Below, in pieces: positions 26,235-34,647 of a DNA stretch of 64,000 nt. Below the pieces are notes generated by a model. That model searched no databases and was not told where the DNA came from. It worked only from the letters and a program-made list of their open reading frames with translations. This DNA is from an uncultured Solirubrobacteraceae bacterium. Lineage in GTDB: Bacteria; Actinomycetota; Thermoleophilia; Solirubrobacterales; Solirubrobacteraceae. The position numbers and the translations under genes were made by a program. Location of the stretch: positions 4,632 to 68,631 of the forward strand of contig CAZPQW010000019.1 in NCBI GenBank assembly GCA_964588985.1, read 5' to 3'. The stretch's first letter is position 1. Each line of letters begins with the position of its first letter.

Positions 26235-29042
26235 GTGCCGATCTACACACAGGCCCAGGCCGAGGCAATCTCCTGCCTCGACGAGCCGCTTCAGATGATC
26301 GCGTGTGCCGGCTCGGGGAAGACCCAGGTGATCTCTCAGCGGATCGCATCGATCCTCTCGCTTCCGGGCGTCGAGCCACGAAACGTCGTCGCGTTCACGT
26401 TCACCGAGAAGGCGGCGGCGGAGCTTCAGGACAGGATCTATTTCATCCTCGAGGAGGAGGGCGTAGACCGGCTCGGGCTGGCAGAGATGTATGTCGGAAC
26501 GATGCACGGGTACGCCCTCGACCTGTTGCAGCGGCTCGTCCCGGAGACCTTTAAGTTCTCGGTGCTGACGGACATCACCTCGCGGCTGCTCGTCGACAGG
26601 AACAGCAGGCAGTCCGGCTTGACCGTCTGCCCGACCAGCTCTCCCGGCACGCCTACGCTGCGGCGCTACATCCACTCGAAGCTCTTTCTGCAGGCAACGA
26701 GTGTGCTCCGCGAGGACGAGGTCGATGGAGATCTGGTGCCGGAGGGCGTGCAGTCATCGTTCCGCGACTACATGAGGTTGATTTTCGAGAAGGCCTATTT
26801 CGACTACACCGAGATCATCAACCTCGCAGTTCAGTTTCTCGAGGGAGATGAGGATGACGATGAGGACGCGGCCAGGATCCGCAGTCACATCCGTGACGAC
26901 ATTCGCTACGTTGTGGTCGACGAGTACCAGGATGTCAACCCGCTTCAAGAGCGTCTCGTCCGGGGGCTGACGCAGTTCGGTGCGAACCTTTGTGTCGTCG
27001 GAGACGACGATCAGACGATCTACCAGTGGCGTGGGAGCGAGGTCTCGAACATCGTCACGTTCGCCGACCGGTACGCTGGCGTCCGCCAGGTGACACTCGC
27101 CGAGAACTTCCGCTCGAGCGAGGGTGTGGTCGAGGTGGGGAGGTCGATCGCGGAGCAGATCCCCGCCGGTAGTCGCCTGCCGAAGGCAATGGTGCGCGCT
27201 GGCCACCAGACCTGGGACCGAGGTGACTTGATCGCTCGCGACTTCGCCGACGAGGACGAGGAGGCCGCGTGGATCTGCGATCGCATCGAGGCAATGCGCG
27301 GACTTGCCTTTCAGGACACTGCCGACAACGAGGCACGGGGCCTCTCGTGGTCGGACTTCGCCGTGCTGTTCCGGTCTGTCGCGAAGGACGCGGACCCACT
27401 AGTCGCGGAGATGCGGCGGCGCGAAATCCCGTACGTCGTTAAGGGTCTGAATCGCCTCTTCGACAGCCCGGAGATCACCGCTGTCGTCGGGGCGTTTCGC
27501 TATATGGCTGGCCTCGTCGATGCGCCGGCTCTACGGGACCTCTGGCAGGACGCGAACCTTCTCCCCGGGAACGGCGACTGGGCTGCGGCACTCGCTGTCC
27601 TAGAGGACGGTCGCGACTTCGACCGGGGAGAGCGGTGGGGCGTCTACAACATCCAGCGGCTTTACCTCGACTTTCTCGCCGCGCTCGGCGTGCGCGAGGA
27701 GACGGTTCCGGGTGAACCGGTGCGGCGAGAGCTCGTCTTCTACCAGCTCGGGAAGTTCAGCCAGGCGATCTCGGACTTCGAGGCTATCTACTTCAACAGC
27801 GAGCCTGCGCGGAAGTACGAGGCGTTCGCGAAGTGGCTCGAGTACCAAGCTCCGGATTACTACGCGGAGTCCGACGCCGACGTGGGGTATGCGACGCCGG
27901 ACGCGGTCACGCTCACAACAGTGCATCAGGCCAAGGGCATGCAATGGCCGGCGGTATTCATTCCCTGTCTGCGCAAGAACCGCTTCCCGTCGAAGCGGCA
28001 CGGCGGATTGGGCCTCTTCCACGTCATCCCGGAAGCTGCCATCGCCGATGCCGACCGCTACCGCGGCACCGTCGAGGACGAGACACGCCTCTTCTATGTT
28101 GCAGCCACTCGTGCCCAGAAGTACCTGTTCGTGTCGTTCTCGCCTGGGTCGAACCAGCTCTACAGGAAGCGGTCGGACTTCTTCGACCACTGCGCGAGCC
28201 AGCAGTGGTTCTCAACCAGGGACACGGGTGTGCCGGCGGACGCGCCGCGGCTCGAGCCTCGAGCCCACCACGAGACGCCGAACGTAACGCTGTCGTTCTC
28301 GGAGCTGAAGTACCTGTTCGAGTGCCCGTACCAGTTCAAGCTGCGCTTCCTCTACGGGTTCAACCCTCCGCTGCACGAGGCACTTGGCTACGGCAAGGGT
28401 CTACACGACGCGCTGTCGGAGCTGCACAAGCGTGCGCTCGCCGGCGACATCGTCGGGAACGACAAAGCCGAAGATCTCGTCGACCGGCATCTGCACGCTC
28501 CGTACGCGTACCCCGCGCTGCGCCAGACGCTGCGCGACGCAGCCGTGAAGTCCGTCCAGCGATATCTCGACGAGCACGGCTCGACGCTTGAGAAGACCGT
28601 GCACAGCGAGAAGGAGATCCAGGTGCACGTCGCTCCCGGTATCACCGTCGCCGGCCGGATCGACCTCGTCCGGCGACTGGACACCGACGAGCTCTCGATC
28701 GTCGACTTCAAGTCGACTGCTCGCGCACAGGACGAGGACGTGACGCGCGATCAACTGCACGTCTACGCCGTCGGTTACGAGGAGCTCACCGGCGAGCGGG
28801 CGGACCTGATCGAGGTGCTCAACCTCGACGAGGAAGGCAAGACCATCAGGGAGGAGGTCGAAGAGCCGCTCCTCGTCGGCGTGCGTTCGCAGATCCGCGA
28901 CGCGGGCGATTCGCTGCGGGAGAACAACCTTCCGCGCCTGGCCTCATGGGGCGAGCAGTGCTCCAAGTGTGACCTCGCCGAGCTGTGTCGCGATGTTCCT
29001 GCATTGGAGAAGGCGTCGCGACGTGCGGCCTCTGGTCGCTAA
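26235..29042 (+). CDS. UvrD/PcrA-type SF1 helicase fused to a Cas4/AddB-like 4Fe-4S PD-(D/E)xK nuclease
   Basis: Helicase motifs: CAGSGKT, VVDEYQD, GDDDQTIYQWRG, ENFRS, HQAKGMQW, YVAATRA. C-terminal nuclease motifs: ECPYQF, GRIDLV...IVDFKS, QLHVYA, CSKCDLAELC. The GTG start lies 17 nt after the mod stop and has a ggggagga RBS. Confidence 0.9.
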   Translation: MPIYTQAQAEAISCLDEPLQMIACAGSGKTQVISQRIASILSLPGVEPRNVVAFTFTEKAAAELQDRIYFILEEEGVDRLGLAEMYVGTMHGYALDLLQRLVPETFKFSVLTDITSRLLVDRNSRQSGLTVCPTSSPGTPTLRRYIHSKLFLQATSVLREDEVDGDLVPEGVQSSFRDYMRLIFEKAYFDYTEIINLAVQFLEGDEDDDEDAARIRSHIRDDIRYVVVDEYQDVNPLQERLVRGLTQFGANLCVVGDDDQTIYQWRGSEVSNIVTFADRYAGVRQVTLAENFRSSEGVVEVGRSIAEQIPAGSRLPKAMVRAGHQTWDRGDLIARDFADEDEEAAWICDRIEAMRGLAFQDTADNEARGLSWSDFAVLFRSVAKDADPLVAEMRRREIPYVVKGLNRLFDSPEITAVVGAFRYMAGLVDAPALRDLWQDANLLPGNGDWAAALAVLEDGRDFDRGERWGVYNIQRLYLDFLAALGVREETVPGEPVRRELVFYQLGKFSQAISDFEAIYFNSEPARKYEAFAKWLEYQAPDYYAESDADVGYATPDAVTLTTVHQAKGMQWPAVFIPCLRKNRFPSKRHGGLGLFHVIPEAAIADADRYRGTVEDETRLFYVAATRAQKYLFVSFSPGSNQLYRKRSDFFDHCASQQWFSTRDTGVPADAPRLEPRAHHETPNVTLSFSELKYLFECPYQFKLRFLYGFNPPLHEALGYGKGLHDALSELHKRALAGDIVGNDKAEDLVDRHLHAPYAYPALRQTLRDAAVKSVQRYLDEHGSTLEKTVHSEKEIQVHVAPGITVAGRIDLVRRLDTDELSIVDFKSTARAQDEDVTRDQLHVYAVGYEELTGERADLIEVLNLDEEGKTIREEVEEPLLVGVRSQIRDAGDSLRENNLPRLASWGEQCSKCDLAELCRDVPALEKASRRAASGR

Positions 29043-29116
29043 GGTCTGGGATTCAGAACGTATGCGGCCATCAGGCTAATCCCGCGGGTCACTGCGACGC
29101 CATTTCTGTGCCGGAC

Positions 29117-29146
29117 TTGACATTCTTCCAAAGAGCGGGATAAGCT
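29117..29146 (+). promoter_or_regulatory. Putative sigma70-type promoter (ttgaca-18 nt-taagct) for the 4-TM gene
   Basis: The -10 ends 7 nt before ATG 29153, which implies a leaderless or near-leaderless mRNA. Confidence 0.4.
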
Positions 29147-29152
29147 CATGAA

Positions 29153-30085
29153 ATGGATGTCGGGAGGCAGGTTTTCCGTTTCTCGATTCCTGGTTCTATT
29201 CTGCTTCTCTGGATGTCCATAGGCGTGGTCCTGATGCGCGTAATCGCGGGCGTCTCCCTGACGACAGCCACAGGGCCACTGCGTGAGAACCTTTCCGCGT
29301 TTGCCGCGATTTTGGCAGCGATTCCAGTGGGGTTCATCGTATATCAGGTCTATTATGTCTTTTATCGGCCAATGTTCCTGGGCTGGCCAATGATCTGGTA
29401 CGGGCGATGGATTCGTCTGGATAGGGCATCCCAAGTGCTGTCGCACTTCGAGGAGGATCAAATTCAAGCTTTGCGAGAGCTTTTTGGTGCTCAGTTGGAT
29501 GTGTCTAAGCCTCACGAGCACGAGAAGCTGTGGCCATTTAGATATCTCCGGCTACTCAGATTTTCTCAAGAGTATCTTGATCGCTTTGAAGGCAAGGCTG
29601 ATGCGCGTGCGGCATATCGTGCCCGATGGCATGGTAACTGGGATGTATTGCGTGCCGTTATCGATATCAGCGAGGCCAGTGACGCAACGAGTGGCGTGAA
29701 GCGGGAATACGCGAACCTTGCAGACATTTATCATTCTCTGGGAGCTACGCGCATGGCTATTTGGGGCGCGTGGTTTGCGAGTGCTGGGGTGACGCTCGCC
29801 GCTACGGTTAACCTGCACGAACCGCTCGCGAATTGGTTGTACGGCTTGCTTGCCTACTCGTTCATAACCGCCGTCATCCTTGTGGTCATGCACGAGACTC
29901 GAAGGCAGACCTGGAATTCCGCATCGAAATCCCTTCTTTTTGGACTGCGGTGGATTCTTGACAACCATCCGGAGCTGTTTGAACCAGCGCCGCAAGAGAG
30001 CGAGTCATCTCAGGCCGGGCCCCTAAAGCGCCTCCGACGACGTGTCCCGTGGCGCCCGTCAGTTGCCGAGCCGGAGGAAAGCTGA
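29153..30085 (+). CDS. Four-TM membrane protein with a central helical cytosolic domain, unknown function
   Basis: Two N-terminal and two C-terminal hydrophobic helices. Lowest GC in the window (about 50% by eye). No family recognised. Confidence 0.65.
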   Translation: MDVGRQVFRFSIPGSILLLWMSIGVVLMRVIAGVSLTTATGPLRENLSAFAAILAAIPVGFIVYQVYYVFYRPMFLGWPMIWYGRWIRLDRASQVLSHFEEDQIQALRELFGAQLDVSKPHEHEKLWPFRYLRLLRFSQEYLDRFEGKADARAAYRARWHGNWDVLRAVIDISEASDATSGVKREYANLADIYHSLGATRMAIWGAWFASAGVTLAATVNLHEPLANWLYGLLAYSFITAVILVVMHETRRQTWNSASKSLLFGLRWILDNHPELFEPAPQESESSQAGPLKRLRRRVPWRPSVAEPEES

Positions 30086-30170
30086 TCGCTGGGCACCCGC
30101 GCGGCTGAGGCATCCTCGGGACATCGGGGTACAGTTCCCAGAATGCATGGCGCCTGTGGCGGTTCAGGAG

Positions 30171-30206
30171 TGGAGCCAGCCAGACTCGAACCGACCTCTG
30201 CTTCCC
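30171..30206 (-). other. tRNA 3'-end-like fragment (T-arm plus acceptor 3' strand), possible att remnant
   Basis: The minus strand reads gggaagcagagGTCGGTTCGAGTCTGGCTGGCTCCA. This gives the T-loop GTTCGAGTC context and a 7-nt acceptor strand plus discriminator, but the T-stem has two G-U pairs. No matching 5' half or anticodon arm is present. Confidence 0.35.
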
Positions 30207-30956
30207 TCACCCCCCGGCAATAACCCCAAAGTCCTGCGTATAGATCCCGCCGCTCATCCCGCCCCCCAACGCCCGCGGCGGATGCGACGAAACCCCGATC
30301 CCCGTGTCCCTGAAGTGCCCATCGAGAATGTTCGCGCGGTGCAACGGCGAGGCCATCCACGCGGCGACGATCGACCGCGGCGTGCCCAGCCACAGCGTGC
30401 CCCATGCGATGTTCTCGCCGACCTGGAAGCTGTGTGAGCCGGAGATGTAGCCGGCTTCGCGCATCCGCTGCAGCGGCGTCTGGCCGCCCGGGCCGGTGTG
30501 TTCGAAGTAGTCGTTGACGACCATGCTCGTCGTGTGCCCCTGCGCCGCCTGCTGTAGCTGCGGGTTTGCGACGAGCGGCGTCTCGCCGTGCGCCGCACGT
30601 TCGCGGTTTACCAGGCAGAGCGTCGCTGCACGGATCAGTTCGAGGTTCTGCGTCGTGGGCGCAAGCCCGGCGTTCGCGCAGCCATCGGTGCCGCTGTCCG
30701 CTGACTTGGAGAGCGCGGTGACGGTGCTCGTGGAGCGGTTGACGGCTTTGGAGTGGTGCTTCACGCAGCTGACGTGAACGCGTCGCTTCGAGTGCTTTCG
30801 CGCCTTTACCGAGTGTGCATACCTGCCGCAGCGCGTCGCCCGATGGGCGCGCTTGTGCGTGCTCGAGGTTGCGCCGAGCGCGAGCGATCCGCCGTCGAGG
30901 GCGGCGAGGCTGAGGACGGCGATCACGGCAAGGCAGAGGAGGCGTAGTCGAGCCAC
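30207..30956 (-). CDS. Secreted CAP/SCP (YkwD-like) domain protein
   Basis: Signal peptide MARLRLLCLAVIAVLSLAAL, plus CAP motifs NRERAAHG...HTTSMVVNDYFEH...GENIAWG...WMASPLHRANIL. Confidence 0.85.
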   Translation of the reverse strand: MARLRLLCLAVIAVLSLAALDGGSLALGATSSTHKRAHRATRCGRYAHSVKARKHSKRRVHVSCVKHHSKAVNRSTSTVTALSKSADSGTDGCANAGLAPTTQNLELIRAATLCLVNRERAAHGETPLVANPQLQQAAQGHTTSMVVNDYFEHTGPGGQTPLQRMREAGYISGSHSFQVGENIAWGTLWLGTPRSIVAAWMASPLHRANILDGHFRDTGIGVSSHPPRALGGGMSGGIYTQDFGVIAGG

Positions 30957-31580
30957 ATGGCCCTATCGGGCCACATGTGCGCGAACATGAGTAGTGCAGC
31001 GGAGGTTTGGACAGGTTCATCTCGCCGCGGTTGCGCCTGGGACGATCTCGGCCTCCACCTCGACGCCCCGCCAGCGGTCGCCATGGGCGACCTCGAGGAC
31101 CAGCTGCGGGCCCGGATGTGGGTTGGAGCGCTGCGGTTTCCCGGGCGCCACTCTCACCCTCGCATCGCGTGACGCGCGCAGGAGCCGCACCGAGTAACCG
31201 CTCTGTCCGGAGCCGCAACGCAGCACGAACCTCGAGACGGACGACAGGGCAAGCTCGTGGCGGTTCCCGGCCGACAGGACCACCGTCCTATGGCTCTTCA
31301 GCACCGCGACGATGGTCGCGCCGGACGCCCAAGTGGGGAAGCGGACGGTCGCCTGGAGGTGCTCGCTCCCGCGCTTGCGCTCGATCTGCCATCGGGTACG
31401 AATTCGCTCGGCCTCGAACGTGTGCGTCGTGCGCACGCTCAGCGAGCCCTGACGGATCTCGCCGACGCATTGGATCTCCTCGAAGCCGCCCGCGTACGGG
31501 TGCGCGGGGTGCAGCGCGCCCTCACCGGCCCGTGAGGGCGAGCGGCGGGTCACCGCTAGCGGCGGCGTGGCGCCCGCGGC

Positions 31581-31618
31581 GCGACGCGGCGTCTGCGACG
31601 CGACGCGGCGTCTGCGAC
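31581..31618. repeat. Perfect 19-bp tandem duplication gcgacgcggcgtctgcgac x2
   Basis: Copies at 31581-31599 and 31600-31618 are identical. The next 4 nt (gcga) begin a third copy. Confidence 0.95.
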
Positions 31619-33096
31619 GCGAGCACCGTGCGGTTGCCGTCCGAGATCGTCACCCCGAACCCGGCCGCTCCGTACGGACCGATCCCGCCCGCCACTCGTT
31701 GCCCGCTGTCGAACAGTCGCGCGAGCTCGATGCCGCCGTATGGAAACGCGCCGTTGCTCACCGCGACCACGGCCGTGTTGTAGACCGGCGTCGTGATCGC
31801 CAGCCGGCCGATCCCGCGGTCGTACGCGTACAGGGGCGGAGGTCGCTCGCCGTGCGCATGCCCGAGACCGTCGTGGACGGCACGCGCCGCCTGGGACTGG
31901 AACCGTGTCGCGAACAGCCAGTGCGCAGGAAACTGGTCGCGCTTCGGCATGAACACCGGGCTCGCCGGGGTGCGCTCGGAGGGGCCGGCCTCGAGCGCCA
32001 GGCGCTGGTAGGTGCCGAGCGCGCGATCGAAGATGTACTTGGCCCACGAGCCGAGCTCTGGGCTGCGCAGCTCCGTCGGAGCATTCGCGATAGCCAGCAG
32101 GCCGTCGAGGGCGAACGCCCAGTAGCGCCCCGCGTGCCAGCGCGCGAGGAACATGCCGGTGTCCCAATTGAGGTAGCCGCTGTGCGTCCAATAGGCGGGG
32201 ATCGCGTGCGCGATCCAGCCTCGCAGGGTGCGCAGCTGCTGCGCCGGCAGCGGCTCCATTCCTGCGGCCCGCGCCTGGGCATAACCGGCGATGACGCCGA
32301 GCACGAGGTTGGCGTACTCGGCCGACTCGATGTTTTCCGGGGCGCCGGCGGGCGCAAACGGATTGCGGTGGAAGCTGTAGCTGCGGCTGAGGTTGGATAT
32401 CGACCAGGGAGCGGCCGGTCTCTCGCAGCCCTCCAGGAAACGGCACAGCTGGCGGCGGTAGTCGTTGCGCAGCAGGTCCGTGCGTCCTGCGACCTCCGCC
32501 GCGTACGCGTACATCTCGCACTGCCAGTTGCACTGGTTCAGGCGCACGCTCGGGTAGCGGAAGAAGGGGCCGGCGGCCATCGCCGCGACCTCGTGCTCGA
32601 TCGTGGCCACGTCGGTTGACGGGAGGCCGAGCACGTCGCGGGCGCGCCACGCGAACACGAGGCCCTCGGTCATCTCGGGATCCACCGCCACGTGCTGGAG
32701 GCTGTCGAGGCTCGACATGCTGGAGACGAATCCCGGCGTGTGTCGCTGTCCAGGGCCTTGGCTGCCCCACTTCCCGCCGGGTCGATACGGCGGGCTTCGC
32801 AGCATGCGCGCGACGAGCGACCGCGCGCGATCGTCCTGGCGTGTGGGGCCCACGTGGCCCGCTAGCGCAGCGATCGAATGCGTGATCAGCATCCCCGCGT
32901 TGACTCGTCCGTCGTCGCCATAGCAGCCGGTGCTTGGGTCCCAGAGATGCTCCATGCCCGGCTGACACCAGTCCGCGAACGCCCAGTAGTCGCCGTCGCC
33001 GTACTGCTGCGCCAGTCGCGGCGGCGAAGAGGCGGCGGCCGGCGCGGGAGCCATCGCCCATTCGATGGCGGCCGCGCCCGGCAGCGAGGCGACCAC

Positions 33097-33126
33097 GCCG
33101 GCGGCGCCGAGGCCGGCGGCGCCGAG
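33097..33126. repeat. 15-bp in-frame tandem duplication gccggcggcgccgag x2 (plus an 11-nt partial copy)
   Basis: Encodes the repeated AAGLG AAGLG in the Tat signal h-region of the same gene. Confidence 0.9.
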
Positions 33127-33227
33127 GCCGGCGGCGCGCGCGAGCAGCTCTCTCCGCGTAGTTTCTCCGGTGTCCGTCACGGGGCGAGCGTAACTCCGAC
33201 GACCCGGGCGTCAAAGCGCCGGGCCGA

Positions 33228-34388
33228 CTACAACCCGAGTATCCGCCCGAGGATTTCGCGCATGATCTCGTCGCTGCCGCCGCCGATCGGGCCCAGGCGC
33301 GAGTCGCGCGCCGCGCGCTCCACCCAATACTCCTTCATGTAACCCGCGCCGCCGTGGATCTGCAGGCACGCGTCCATGAGGTCGAACGACGCGCGCTGGG
33401 TGAGCAGCTTCGCCATCGTGACCTCCTTCAGCGGTTCCTCGCCCGCGACGAAGCGCCGCAGCGCGTCGTAGGTCACGCAGCGGCACGTGTACACCGAGGT
33501 GGCGAGGTCGGCGAGCTTGTGGCGGATCGCCTGGTGGCCCGTCAGCGGCTTGCCGAACGCGTTGCGCTCCTTCGCGAACTCCGCCGTACGCTCCCACGCG
33601 AGCTGCATAGCCCCCACCGCGCCGAGCGCCATCGCGAGCCGCTCCCACTGGAAGTTGGCCATGATCAGCTTGAAGCCCTCGTTCAGAGGCCCCAGCAGAT
33701 TCTCCTCGGGCACGAACACGTCCTGGTAGCTGATCGTGGCGGTGTCCGAGGCGTGCCAGCCGAGCTTCTCCAGCTTCGAGGACTCCACGCCCTCGCCGCG
33801 GTCCACGATCAGGAACGACATGCCGTGGTGGCCGCCCTCCGCGGTGGTCTTCACTGCGGTCACGATGAAGTGCGCGCGCACGCCGTTGGTGATGTAGGTC
33901 TTCTCCCCGTTCACCACCCAGCCGCCGTCCACCCGCTCGGCGCGCGTCGTGATCGCGGCGACATCCGAGCCGGCACCAGGCTCGGTGATGCCGAGCGCTC
34001 CCAGCTTCTCTCCCTTGATTGCCGGTACGAGGTAGCGCTGCTTCTGCTCCTCGCTGCCGAACTTCCAGATCGGCGGGGTGGCGATGTTGATGTGCGCGCC
34101 GATCCCTGCGGCCGTGCCGCCCGAGCCCGTGCGCGCGAGCTCCTCGCACAGCACAGCCTCGTGCAGGTAGTCGCCGCCCTGCCCGCCGTACTCCTCCGGG
34201 TACTTCAGCCCCAGCAGGCCCTGCGCGGCGAGCTTCGGGAAGACCTCGTCGGGGAACCAGCGCGCGTCCTCCCACTCCTGCGCATGGGGCGTCAGCTCGC
34301 GCTCGATGAAGCCGCGGGCCGACTGTCTCAGCTCTTCATGCTCGTCGGAGAAGGGAGGAGTGGTAGTGGTCATCGACAGCCGTCGCAA
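33228..34388 (-). CDS. Acyl-CoA dehydrogenase
   Basis: ACAD pattern: GITEPGAGSD, YITNG, QIHGGAGYMKEY, C-terminal IGGGSDEIMR. Confidence 0.9.
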   Translation of the reverse strand: MRRLSMTTTTPPFSDEHEELRQSARGFIERELTPHAQEWEDARWFPDEVFPKLAAQGLLGLKYPEEYGGQGGDYLHEAVLCEELARTGSGGTAAGIGAHINIATPPIWKFGSEEQKQRYLVPAIKGEKLGALGITEPGAGSDVAAITTRAERVDGGWVVNGEKTYITNGVRAHFIVTAVKTTAEGGHHGMSFLIVDRGEGVESSKLEKLGWHASDTATISYQDVFVPEENLLGPLNEGFKLIMANFQWERLAMALGAVGAMQLAWERTAEFAKERNAFGKPLTGHQAIRHKLADLATSVYTCRCVTYDALRRFVAGEEPLKEVTMAKLLTQRASFDLMDACLQIHGGAGYMKEYWVERAARDSRLGPIGGGSDEIMREILGRILGL

Positions 34389-34431
34389 CGCTGATATGCC
34401 TGATGTTGGGTCATCTGGCTATATTAATATC

Positions 34432-34647
34432 GTGCGGCGAACAACATTGGACATCGATGAGGATATGCTCGCGAAAGCGAGAGAGATACTCGGAACTCGA
34501 GGCGTGAAGGACACCGTAGACGAGGCGCTGCGTGAGGTGGTGCGCCGCGAGGCGGGTACGCGCATCATCGAGTGGCTGAAGGAGAACGAGGATCTGCAGA
34601 ATCCCGAGATCATGGAACGCGCGTGGCCGCCGCCGCTCATCTCGTAG
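34432..34647 (+). CDS. vapB: VapB-type antitoxin
   Basis: RRTTLDIDEDMLAKAREILG is typical of the RTTLDIDD-type VapB family. GTG 34432 lies directly behind tatatt/taatat; the alternative start is ATG 34396. Confidence 0.8.
   Translation: MRRTTLDIDEDMLAKAREILGTRGVKDTVDEALREVVRREAGTRIIEWLKENEDLQNPEIMERAWPPPLIS

Larger units (their letters stand above)
31017..33180 (-). pseudogene. Tat-signal secreted protein gene split by a 19-bp tandem duplication (frameshift)
   Basis: ORFs 31522..33180 and 31017..31553 overlap. Deleting one 19-nt repeat copy joins them into one 714-codon frame. The N-terminal RRELLARAAGLGAAG is a twin-arginine signal. Confidence 0.75.

Noticed and set aside
31556-33214. 552-aa minus-strand ORF and 350-aa plus-strand ORF overlapping the Tat-signal gene
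   Set aside because: These are off-frame shadows with extreme Arg/Pro/Gly content. The chosen frame has a twin-arginine signal and balanced composition.
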